Positions 47,190 through 55,110 of a stretch of DNA of 64,000 nucleotides are shown piece by piece. The notes below the pieces were generated by a model. That model saw only the letters and a list, made by a program, of their open reading frames with translations, was not told the DNA's origin and did no database searches. Every line of letters begins with the position of its first letter. Position 1 is the stretch's first letter. Source of the DNA: an uncultured bacterium (GTDB lineage: Bacteria; Arandabacterota; Arandabacteria; JAGLYR01); NCBI GenBank assembly GCA_964610505.1, contig CAZSXU010000014.1:4652-68651 (forward strand). The letters run 5' to 3'. The position numbers and the translations under genes were made by a program.

Positions 47190-48290
47190 ATGAGACGTCG
47201 GGTTTTCATCTTGTTCCCGGTGGCGCTGTGGATCGGAATCTGTTGTCGAGGTGCCGTTGTCCTCTCCGGCGGCGTCCCGGATGTCCCGACCGTACGGGGG
47301 CTGGCGGACACCGTCGGATTCGCGTACACGCCGGAGCAGATCGAAGCGGTCGTGGAGCTATCGGAGCGGGTTGAGGACGAACGGTGGAATCGCTCTCTCG
47401 AGCAGGGGCCCTGGGTGGGAGCGGTCGCGCCCCACGACGACCATCTCTACGCGGGTCCGGTCTACGTCCACGTCATGCCCGGCGTTCGGGCGAAGACCGT
47501 AGTGGTGATCGGCGTGGCCCATCGCGCGCGAACGTGGGGGGAGAAAAACCGGCTGATCTTCGACAGGTTCTCGGCGTGGCGCGGCCCGTACGGGCCGATG
47601 CCGGTCTCGAGTTTGCGAGACGATATCCTGGAAAGGATGAACCCCGACGACTATGTGGTGTCCAACGAATTTCACGCCGAGGAGCACTCCATCGAGGGGC
47701 TCCTCCCGTTCCTGCAGTACTACAACCGGGACGCAGAGATCGTGCCGGTTCTCGTTCCCTACATGGATTGGGAGAGGATGGACGAGCTGGCTTTGGATCT
47801 CGGCCTCGCGCTCGCCGAGATCTCCCGGGAGCGCGAATGGATTCCGGGATCGGACCTGGCGATCCTGATCTCGGTCGATTGCGTGCATTACGGAGACGAG
47901 GGGTGGGGGGGGAAGAACTACGCCCCCTTCGGCAGCGACGGCGGGGGATACGACCTGGCCGTGGCGAGGGAACGAGATCTGATCGAAACGCATCTGGTGG
48001 GGACCGTCCGTCCCGACAAGTTGCAGGCGCTGATGCTCCGCCTGGTAGACGAGGAAGACGTCACGCAGTATCGCATCACGTGGTGCGGGCGATTCTCGGT
48101 CCCCTTCGGACTCGATTGCCTGTATCACTATATGACCGAGATCGGACAGCCGACGCCGGCCGGAGTCTTCCTCCGGTACGGGACGAGCATCGATCTCGGG
48201 AGGCTGCCCATCGATCACTTGGGTATCGGCGTGACCGCGCCGGCGTCGCTCCACCATTGGGTCGGTTACGCGGCGGTCGGCTATCGATAG
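47190..48290 (+). CDS. MEMO1/AmmeMemoRadiSam-B-like protein with signal peptide
   Basis: VAPHDDHLYAGPVY and FHAEEHSIEGLLPFLQYY resemble Memo-family motifs; N-terminus MRRRVFILFPVALWIGICC is signal/lipoprotein-like; GGAGGG before the ATG. Confidence 0.6.
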   Translation: MRRRVFILFPVALWIGICCRGAVVLSGGVPDVPTVRGLADTVGFAYTPEQIEAVVELSERVEDERWNRSLEQGPWVGAVAPHDDHLYAGPVYVHVMPGVRAKTVVVIGVAHRARTWGEKNRLIFDRFSAWRGPYGPMPVSSLRDDILERMNPDDYVVSNEFHAEEHSIEGLLPFLQYYNRDAEIVPVLVPYMDWERMDELALDLGLALAEISREREWIPGSDLAILISVDCVHYGDEGWGGKNYAPFGSDGGGYDLAVARERDLIETHLVGTVRPDKLQALMLRLVDEEDVTQYRITWCGRFSVPFGLDCLYHYMTEIGQPTPAGVFLRYGTSIDLGRLPIDHLGIGVTAPASLHHWVGYAAVGYR

Positions 48291-48319
48291 GCTCGGCCGC
48301 GGAGTGCCACGCGAAGAGC

Positions 48320-48338
48320 CAGCCACAGATTCCACAGA
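48320..48338. repeat. 19-bp exact direct repeat, copy 2 (CAGCCACAGATTCCACAGA)
   Basis: Identical to 38731..38749; 30 bp 3' of the Memo-like gene stop. Confidence 0.9.
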
Positions 48339-48474
48339 TTTTGACGAGAGGGACAAGGTCAAGGGCCATCCGCAGATGACGCAGATCAATGCGTAACCCC
48401 GATGCCCCTGTCCAAGCTCAACTTTCGACTGTCGACTTTCCATTTTCTCGGGCCGGCACTGCCCGGCCCGTTGG

Positions 48475-49029
48475 CTACTCGCGCAGGAATGCGAAGATTC
48501 TGGTGAAAGCCCAGATGGTGGGGATACCGGCGAGAAGCGTTGCGGCCACGGCCATGACCAGAGGACGAGACAACACCTCCAGCGCAGAGACCTGTTCCAG
48601 CGGCACATCCGCGGCTCGGGCCAAGAATCCCATGACCGCATCCCCGATCCATGCGACGGGTGCGGCAAGTCCCTGGACCACGGGCTCCATCAAAGCGGGG
48701 AGAATGCGCGCCAGGTCCGTTCTGAACACGAGAAGGAGTGCGGAACCGACGGCAAATGCAAATACCGGAACCAAATTGGCCCAACGTTGCGCCCTCTTCT
48801 CCGCCGCGCGATCGCTGATTGCTTTCTCGGTAACCCGCCGGGCGAAATCGGCCGATAGCCCGGAGGGCAACTCCTGGACCAGAGCCTCGTGGATTTTCTT
48901 CTGCAGGAGGAGTTCGGCCCGGCACCGGCGGCAGCCCGAGAGATGGGCCTCGAGCTCCGTCATCCGGCGCTCGGGGAGTGATCCCTCCAACATTCGGGCA
49001 ATCCACTCCGTGTAGTCGAGACAGGTCAT
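48475..49029 (-). CDS. Anti-sigma factor (zinc-finger HxxxCxxC type, membrane-spanning)
   Basis: HLSGCRRC motif near the N-terminus, TM helices in the C-terminal half; start overlaps the stop of the ECF sigma gene by 4 nt. Confidence 0.6.
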   Translation of the reverse strand: MTCLDYTEWIARMLEGSLPERRMTELEAHLSGCRRCRAELLLQKKIHEALVQELPSGLSADFARRVTEKAISDRAAEKRAQRWANLVPVFAFAVGSALLLVFRTDLARILPALMEPVVQGLAAPVAWIGDAVMGFLARAADVPLEQVSALEVLSRPLVMAVAATLLAGIPTIWAFTRIFAFLRE

Positions 49030-49769
49030 CCGGTCTGCCCCCCATTGCTCACCGCATCGCCCGAGGGTCCGGCGACGAGGTCGGCAAGGTCCGTACTGGC
49101 GAGGACCAGTTCCCTCAGGCGGAGCTTGGCCCGGTGGATGTAGGTTTTGACCGTTCCCAGGGGAATCCCCATGATCTCGGCGATCTCCTCGTAGCGGGCC
49201 TGGTTGACGTAGAAGAGCGTGAGTGCCGTCCGCTGCCGCGCCGGCAGCTGCTCCACCAGGGCCTGAATGTTCTCGGACAGATCCAGCTGCTCAATTTCCT
49301 CTTCGAGGTCGGTTCGCGACGGGGGAAGCAGGCGGTGGACTTTCTCGTCGCCCTCTTCCTCCAGTGAGAGATGCTCGCCGCGCCGCCCGCGCTTTCGGAG
49401 TTCCGAGAGGCAGAGGTTGTGAGCGATCTTGTAGATCCAGGTGCTGAACTTGCTCCCGCTCCTGAAACCGGGGATCGCACGATAGACTCTGAGAAACACT
49501 TCCTGAGTCAAGTCCTCACCCTCCAGGCTCCCCACCATCCGCCTCACGAGCCAGTGAATTCGATGTTGGTACCGCGTGACGATCTCGGCGAAAGCCTCGT
49601 GGTCCTCCTCCCGGCACCGCTCGACCAGTTCCTCGTCCGTCCGTTCCGCCACGGGTCTCTTGTCGTCCACCGTCGATTCCGGGTTAAGAGGCTCATGAGT
49701 CCAGTCCGCCGGGGGCGGTGAGATTGCTCCTGTTCCATCGTAATCGGCTTCGGCAGGACCTGCAAGCAC
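49026..49769 (-). CDS. ECF-subfamily RNA polymerase sigma-70 factor; start uncertain
   Basis: Region 2 (LTQEVFLRVYRAIPGFRSGSKFSTWIYKIAHNLCLSELRK) and region 4 (TALTLFYVNQARYEEIAEIMGIPLGTVKTYIHRA). Confidence 0.85.
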   Translation of the reverse strand: MLAGPAEADYDGTGAISPPPADWTHEPLNPESTVDDKRPVAERTDEELVERCREEDHEAFAEIVTRYQHRIHWLVRRMVGSLEGEDLTQEVFLRVYRAIPGFRSGSKFSTWIYKIAHNLCLSELRKRGRRGEHLSLEEEGDEKVHRLLPPSRTDLEEEIEQLDLSENIQALVEQLPARQRTALTLFYVNQARYEEIAEIMGIPLGTVKTYIHRAKLRLRELVLASTDLADLVAGPSGDAVSNGGQTG

Positions 49770-49811
49770 AGGATTTGTCGACTTCGCCCTTGCGACCCCG
49801 CTCCTGTCCCC

Positions 49812-49840
49812 ATAGACTCCGTGAGCGGCCGAAAGGTTTC
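49812..49840 (-). promoter_or_regulatory. Candidate ECF-type promoter (GAAACC-N17-GTCTAT)
   Basis: Minus-strand GAAACC (plus 49835-49840) and GTCTAT (plus 49812-49817), about 40 nt upstream of the sigma start. Confidence 0.3.
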
Positions 49841-49978
49841 ATAAATAAACGTGGAGGAAAACCGGCGGGGAGTGAAACAATTCTGCCCCGCGGGGAGTCT
49901 ACCTGGAGTGAGCGGACAATGGCCGGGCACCGGAGGGAGCCCGGATAAGCGGCAACATAAGGAGCAAGGGGGTGCAAC

Positions 49979-50368
49979 ATGAACTGGCTACCTTTTATGA
50001 TTCCCATTACCTTCATTCTGGGCGCTTTTGCCGTGGGCATCGTGGCGGTGATCATGAAGTCCAAGGCAAAGGATCGTCAGCACCAGGAGCGTATGTTCTT
50101 GGCCGAGAAAGGATTGCCGGTTCCCCCCGAGCTCTATGAGGTTTCCGAGGAAAAGAAACCCAGCGAGTTTCGGGGGTTTCGTGCGGTCCTCATGGTGCTC
50201 GGGTGCGTCACGACGCTCGTGGGGGTTTCGGTCATGATCGCACTGGGTGTTCGGGACGGCATGCAGGACGGCATAAACGGTGTGATTCCTCTTCTGATCG
50301 GCATCGGGATTCTGGTGGCCGAGAGGATGATCAACACCCTCATCGTGAAGCCCGGCAGGGAACAGTAA
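49979..50368 (+). CDS. Hypothetical small membrane protein
   Basis: 129 aa, 2-3 TM helices; SD-like GCAAGGGGGTG before the ATG. Its stop codon is the first base triplet of the 44-bp repeat array. Confidence 0.5.
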   Translation: MNWLPFMIPITFILGAFAVGIVAVIMKSKAKDRQHQERMFLAEKGLPVPPELYEVSEEKKPSEFRGFRAVLMVLGCVTTLVGVSVMIALGVRDGMQDGINGVIPLLIGIGILVAERMINTLIVKPGREQ

Positions 50369-50555
50369 GACACCGGTCAATCAGTGTGAAGCGCGCCGGC
50401 AAGGAAGGGTAAGACACCGGTCAATCAGTGTGAAGCGCGGCGGCAAGGAAGGGTAAGACACCGGTCAATTAGTGTGAAGCGCGGCGGCAAGGAAGGGTAA
50501 GACACCGGTCAATCAGTGTGAAGCGCGGCGGCAAGGAAAGGTAAGACACCGGTCA
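50366..50555 (+). repeat. 44-bp tandem direct repeat, 4 full copies plus a 14-bp partial fifth
   Basis: Units start at 50366, 50410, 50454, 50498, 50542: TAAGACACCGGTCAATCAGTGTGAAGCGCGGCGGCAAGGAAGGG, with 1-2 substitutions per copy. No spacers, so not CRISPR. Confidence 0.95.
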
Positions 50556-50578
50556 TCGATTTCGTACCCGCTAGTGGC

Positions 50579-50615
50579 GGGAGGCGCCCGGAATGGACGC
50601 CTCCCGTCTTCTTGT
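50579..50615 (+). terminator. Putative intrinsic terminator after the repeat array
   Basis: GGGAGGCG-(11-nt loop)-CGCCTCCC followed by GTCTTCTTGTATCG. Confidence 0.5.
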
Positions 50616-50711
50616 ATCGCCTACGCCCCCGAGGCCATTCCCTCCCGTACCCTGCAAGCGACCGACATGCGCGGCGCTTCGTCCGTATCGCCGTTCACGA
50701 TCTCGTCCCGC

Positions 50712-50727
50712 TGGCACCGAACCTGCA
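50712..50727 (+). promoter_or_regulatory. Candidate sigma-54 (-24/-12) promoter TGGCAC-N5-CTGCA
   Basis: TGGCACcgaacCTGCA; GG and GC dinucleotides correctly spaced. About 270 bp upstream of the CDS at 50998. One such match per window is expected by chance. Confidence 0.3.
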
Positions 50728-50997
50728 TAACACTCCTCCAAACGCGGAGGCAGGCGCCATCTTGAAATCCGTAGGACGTTACCCCGCAACACGTTTCGTC
50801 TTACGTCGGCGACCGACAGGTAGGGTGTTCTCACCCGGGAATCGGGGGATTTTACCCGCTGGAGTGGACTTGAGTCCATCGTTGGTATGGAAGGTATCCC
50901 CGGAGACCATCAAAGGAAAGGAGGGGTGCTCGACCGAATTCGACAGTTCCGGTGTTGTCCCTTTGGCTGAGTATCCGAGAACCATGAGGAGGTTCAC

Positions 50998-51663
50998 ATG
51001 AGGTTCGCTACGTTTCTGACCCTGATCTCTCTGTTTGGATTGACGGCGATTGCCCACGCGGGCGTTCCTCCGACCACGAACAGATTGGATGGGGACCCCG
51101 TCGCTGACGGCGTGGAGTGCATCGTGCTGGATTCCTGTGTCCAATGTCCGGCGGACGGCATTCCCGAGAACGAGGACCCCTGCTACGACTGGTATGCCAT
51201 CCCCGACATATGGAACGGCGGCTGCAATTCCGACCCGCCCATTTTCCAGATTCTCGACCCGACCTGCGAGGGGTCCATCTCCGTCTGCGGGTGGGGTGGG
51301 ACGGACCCGGGCGGCATGGGCTGGCGAGACACGGACTGGTATGAAATCACCCTGGTCGAGCCCAGCCAGATCACCGTGTGCGTGGTCGCCGAGATTCCCG
51401 TCAATCTGTTCATCATCGACGCCGCCGCCGGCTGCGCCACCACGGTGATCCTGCACGAGGCATATGCGACGGTCCCGTGTGAACCGGTGTGCATCCAGAC
51501 CGCGCTCGCCGCAGGAACCTACTGGCTGTGGGTCGGAGCCAACGACTTCTACAGCATCCCATGTGGGCAGTACCTGCTGACCGTTGATGGATACTACCCG
51601 GAAGGCGGACCGTCCGCCACGGAACGGACATCCTGGAGTACGATGAAGAACCAGTACAAGTAG
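50998..51663 (+). CDS. Secreted Cys-rich protein with PPC-like domain and conserved C-terminal tail
   Basis: Perfect SD GAGGAGG; signal peptide MRFATFLTLISLFGLTAIAHA; DTDWYEITL...NLFIID resembles a pre-peptidase C-terminal (PPC) domain; ends ...TSWSTMKNQYK. Confidence 0.55.
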   Translation: MRFATFLTLISLFGLTAIAHAGVPPTTNRLDGDPVADGVECIVLDSCVQCPADGIPENEDPCYDWYAIPDIWNGGCNSDPPIFQILDPTCEGSISVCGWGGTDPGGMGWRDTDWYEITLVEPSQITVCVVAEIPVNLFIIDAAAGCATTVILHEAYATVPCEPVCIQTALAAGTYWLWVGANDFYSIPCGQYLLTVDGYYPEGGPSATERTSWSTMKNQYK

Positions 51664-51814
51664 ACCAAACACGAACCTCAGCAATCCGGAAAAGGAGCCC
51701 CGCGGGTGCGGGGCTCCTTTTCTGTGACGGGGCGCCTTGTCCCCTCTAAGTGAAGGATCTGCAAGACCCCAATGATGATGCGTAGCCCGTCGCTGCGGGA
51801 ATCCACGATCTCGT

Positions 51815-52558
51815 TCAGCGGGTGGAAGAGCTGCGGGATTCTGACGATCGGTCCCCTGGGGGATAGATCTTGGTGGCCTCGTGGATGGCGGCGGCGCCGA
51901 AGAGCAGGGGAGTCCACGTGACCCTCGCAAAACCCGCCTCTCGAAGCATCGCCGCCAGTTCCTCTGCCCCGTAGAACCTGGGGATCGTATGGGAAAGATA
52001 CCGGTATCCGGCGCCGGAACCCGAGATGAGTGTACCGAGGGGGCGGACGGTGAGCCCGACGTAGAAATGGAACAACGTGCGGATGAGGCGGGATTGCGGC
52101 CGGCTCGTTTCAAGGTTCACGAAACGTCCCCCGGGCTTGAGGACTCGCGAGTACTCACGAAAGGCGCCAACGAGCGCCCCGCGGTTGACGTTCAGATTGC
52201 GCGTGGCGAAGGACATGGTGACGGCGTCGAAGGTATCGCCGGCAAACGGAAGCGCCCGGGCGTCGCCGAGAACCGGATCGACGCCCCGCCCCTCGGGCTT
52301 CTCCACCAGCGGGCGGAGCATGGGCAGACAGAAGTCGCAGGCGACGACGGTCGTTTCGTTTCCTCCCAGGCGCCGAAGATAGGCGGCCGTCTCACCCGTC
52401 CCGGTGCATATGTCCAGCCACCGCTCGCCCCCCCGGCGCGCCGCGAGCGCCGCAGCGCGCTTGCGCCACAGAATATCCATGCCCAGCGTCAAGACGTGAT
52501 TCACCGTCTCGTAGGTGCGGGGTACTTCGGAAAAGATCTTCTGAATGCCGTGGTTCAC
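51815..52558 (-). CDS. ubiE: Demethylmenaquinone/ubiquinone methyltransferase (UbiE/MenG)
   Basis: Start at GTG 52558. Matches E. coli UbiE by recall across the length: YETVNHVLTLGMDILWRKR, LDICTGTGE, ARALPFAGDTFDAVTMSFATRNL, RVLKPGGRF, YRYLSHTI. Confidence 0.85.
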   Translation of the reverse strand: MNHGIQKIFSEVPRTYETVNHVLTLGMDILWRKRAAALAARRGGERWLDICTGTGETAAYLRRLGGNETTVVACDFCLPMLRPLVEKPEGRGVDPVLGDARALPFAGDTFDAVTMSFATRNLNVNRGALVGAFREYSRVLKPGGRFVNLETSRPQSRLIRTLFHFYVGLTVRPLGTLISGSGAGYRYLSHTIPRFYGAEELAAMLREAGFARVTWTPLLFGAAAIHEATKIYPPGDRSSESRSSSTR

Positions 52559-52793
52559 GGGTTGCCGCCTTCGCGGGCCGGGAGCGGCCGCTTCTACACA
52601 TTCCGAGCCGACAGAGTGTAGCAAAGAACCGAAACAAGCAAAAGCAATCCTGAAAAAAGACAAAAGGTCCGAGGATTCGGTGCCGATAAGGAACACGAAG
52701 GGGCGTTCGTGGGGAGAATCGAGAACCGCAGACCGGCCCGCCCGAGACCGTGTGGGGGGCCTGCATCCGAACACGAGATGAGGGGATCTGCTC

Positions 52794-53453
52794 ATGAAGA
52801 TGGTCATCGGGATCTGCATTTGGGCGTTTTTCGGATTGAGTCCGGTGAGTTCTGCTGTGGGGGCTCTGGAGGTTTTTCATCTGGAGAGCGACGAGGCACT
52901 GCTCGAGATTCTCCCGGAGGAAAACGTAGCTTTTGTCGCGGAGGGGAGAATCGGGGATCTGGGCGGAGCCGCCATGTTTGAACTGGATCTCGGTCAATCC
53001 GTCGGCGCCCCGGCCGTTACGGATCAGCACGACTGGCAAAGCGGCGTGACGGAGGCGTTCTCTCTCACCTATGACAAGACGTGGAACCGGGTCGACTTCA
53101 CGATCGGAGAGACGATGCTCCAATACACGCCCGGCCAGCTCTTCATGGAAATCTTCGTTCGAGCTTGGGCCGAGGATGCCGGCACGTCCATCTCTCTCGA
53201 GGATCTGATCCTCAACGGAGAGAGTGTGCCCGCGACCTGCGAAGCGACCGGCGCCGCCGGCCTGGACATCCTCCGAATCCGGGGCGGGACCCTACTTGAC
53301 GGATTCGTTCTCACCGGAACGGCGACGATGGAATGGTCGGCAAGCCCGCCGACGGAGTCCGGGCTCTCTTTCCAAATCAACGCCGGATCCCCGGACACCC
53401 AGGTTGCTACGGCAAAAGTCACCTGGGGACAGATCAAGAATCGATTCCGGTAG
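52794..53453 (+). CDS. Secreted hypothetical protein sharing the C-terminal tail of 50998..51663
   Basis: Signal peptide MKMVIGICIWAFFGLSPVSSAVGA; ends ...VTWGQIKNRFR; SD-like GAGGGG upstream. Confidence 0.5.
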   Translation: MKMVIGICIWAFFGLSPVSSAVGALEVFHLESDEALLEILPEENVAFVAEGRIGDLGGAAMFELDLGQSVGAPAVTDQHDWQSGVTEAFSLTYDKTWNRVDFTIGETMLQYTPGQLFMEIFVRAWAEDAGTSISLEDLILNGESVPATCEATGAAGLDILRIRGGTLLDGFVLTGTATMEWSASPPTESGLSFQINAGSPDTQVATAKVTWGQIKNRFR

Positions 53454-53534
53454 CCAAGGATGTGTTCCCATCCTCGGCGTCCTCGATCTCGATATGTCCA
53501 TCTGTGAAGTCTGTGGTTTTCCCTTCGGCGGTGG

Positions 53535-54833
53535 CTATTCGGGACTTTCCGTGCGGAGCACGTATCCCTCGGAGCGGGCCACGTATGCGGCGGCCGTGAT
53601 GTCGCCGGTCACGTTCAGGACCGTCCGGCACATGTCCAACAGGCGGTCGATGCCGAGGATGATTCCGATGCCTTCTCCGGGGACCCCCACGCTCTCCAGA
53701 ACGAGGACGATAACGGGGAGGGACCCGCCCGGCACGCCTGCGGTTCCGATTCCCGCAAGAACGGACATCAAGACGACCGTCACCTGCTGTGCGAAGGTCA
53801 GATCCACCCCGAAGAACTGGGCGAGGAAGAGAACGGTGACGCCCTCGTAGAGAGCGGTCCCGTTCTGGTTCGCCGTAGATCCCAGGGTCAGGACGAAGCC
53901 GGTGATGTGTCGGGGAACGCCGAGATTTCGTTCCGTGACGCGAATGGCGGTGGGGAGGGTGGCGTTGCTGGAGCTGGTCGAGAAGGCCGTGATCATGACC
54001 TCGCGAACGCCGCGGAAAAACCCGAGAGGGCTCATTCGGGCGAGGGACCGTACGAGAAGCGAGTAGACCACGAATTGGTGAATCGCCAATCCTGCGACGA
54101 CCACGAGCACGTACTTCGCCAACAGCCGGACGACGTCGAAGCCCAGGCGAGCCGTCACGGAGAACAGGAGGGCGGCGACTCCGTAAGGGGCCAACTTCAT
54201 GGCGAATCCGATGATCTTCATCACGGCTTCATAGAGCCCCTCCAGGAAAGCGATGAAGGTCGCCGTTTTCTCGCGATCGCCGATCGCCAGAGCCACGCCG
54301 AGGACGAGGGAGAAGAACATGACGGACAGGATCCCCCCGCCGGTGTAGTTGGAATCGAAGGCGCCCACGACGTCTTCAAAGGGATTCCTGGGGATGATGT
54401 CCACAAGGGTCTGGATGGGGGTCTTTGCCTCGGCCGCGCGCTCGACTTTCTCCGCCGCCTGGGATGCAAACGTTTCCAGCAGAATCGCCTGCGATTCCTC
54501 CGGAAGCCCGGTACCCGGGCGGATCACGTTGACCAGCGTCAATCCGATCGCCACCGAGATCGTCGTGACAATGAGCGTGTAGCCAAAGGTCTTGAGACCC
54601 ACCCTTCCGAGGCGACGCACGTCCCCCAGCTCGGCCACCCCCAGGGTGAGGGCCGAGAAGATCAGGGGAATGACCACCATGAAGATCATTCGGAGGAAGA
54701 TCTGACCGACCGGATAGGTGACGTTCCGGACGGTCCACTCGACCGCCGGGTGGGAACCCGCGATGAGATTGACGGTGATCCCCGCGGCCCCGCCCAGGAT
54801 GAGGCCGATGAGGATTTTTGTGTGAAGCGGCAT
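53535..54833 (-). CDS. Dicarboxylate/amino acid:cation symporter (DAACS; GltP/DctA-like)
   Basis: Start chosen at ATG 54833 (MPLHTKILIGLILGGAAGI). DAACS conserved regions (SSSNATLPT, GTALYEGV, GIDRLLDMCRTVLNVTGD). Confidence 0.85.
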   Translation of the reverse strand: MPLHTKILIGLILGGAAGITVNLIAGSHPAVEWTVRNVTYPVGQIFLRMIFMVVIPLIFSALTLGVAELGDVRRLGRVGLKTFGYTLIVTTISVAIGLTLVNVIRPGTGLPEESQAILLETFASQAAEKVERAAEAKTPIQTLVDIIPRNPFEDVVGAFDSNYTGGGILSVMFFSLVLGVALAIGDREKTATFIAFLEGLYEAVMKIIGFAMKLAPYGVAALLFSVTARLGFDVVRLLAKYVLVVVAGLAIHQFVVYSLLVRSLARMSPLGFFRGVREVMITAFSTSSSNATLPTAIRVTERNLGVPRHITGFVLTLGSTANQNGTALYEGVTVLFLAQFFGVDLTFAQQVTVVLMSVLAGIGTAGVPGGSLPVIVLVLESVGVPGEGIGIILGIDRLLDMCRTVLNVTGDITAAAYVARSEGYVLRTESPE

Positions 54834-55063
54834 GCAGCGATGGCGGTGATCCTGTGGGTCCAAGACGGTATCCTCGACGGTGGCGGACGCATCTATTGGT
54901 ACGTGATCCGCTCGCCGAGGACAAGGACAAAGTGCGGGCGGAGCCGAAGGGCAGAACAATAGAGCAATAGAGCAACTGGATCGATGGACCGCAATGGGGC
55001 CGGGTGTGTTTCTCTATGATGCTTCTCACCAGAATCTACTTGCTCGATTGCTCCATTGCTCTG

Positions 55064-55110
55064 CCTGGATGAATCCGGGCTCCGGTACCCGGCGCCCGGA
55101 TTCATCCAGG
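55064..55110 (-). terminator. 17-bp perfect inverted repeat abutting the lipid kinase stop (putative terminator or RNA element)
   Basis: CCTGGATGAATCCGGGC-(13 nt)-GCCCGGATTCATCCAGG directly 3' of the stop at 55111-55113; no U-tract follows. Confidence 0.45.

Noticed and set aside
47358-48668. 436-aa minus-strand ORF over the Memo-like gene
   Set aside because: Antisense to a plus-strand gene with a good SD and Memo motifs; Arg/Pro-rich.
50366-50555. Possible CRISPR array
   Set aside because: The 44-bp units are directly tandem with no unique spacers and there are no cas genes nearby; this is a minisatellite-type repeat.
50887-50970. 27-codon ORF (MEGIPGDHQRKGGVLDRIRQFRCCPFG) in the leader of the secreted Cys-rich gene
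   Set aside because: No SD and no supporting context; likely a chance ORF within a long 5' leader.
50779-52113. 444-aa minus-strand ORF spanning the secreted Cys-rich gene and ubiE start
   Set aside because: Crosses two motif-supported genes in another frame; Arg/Gly-rich.
52741-52793. Second sigma-54 promoter upstream of the secreted protein at 52794
   Set aside because: A CTGCA is present but no GG dinucleotide lies 10 bp upstream in the required register.
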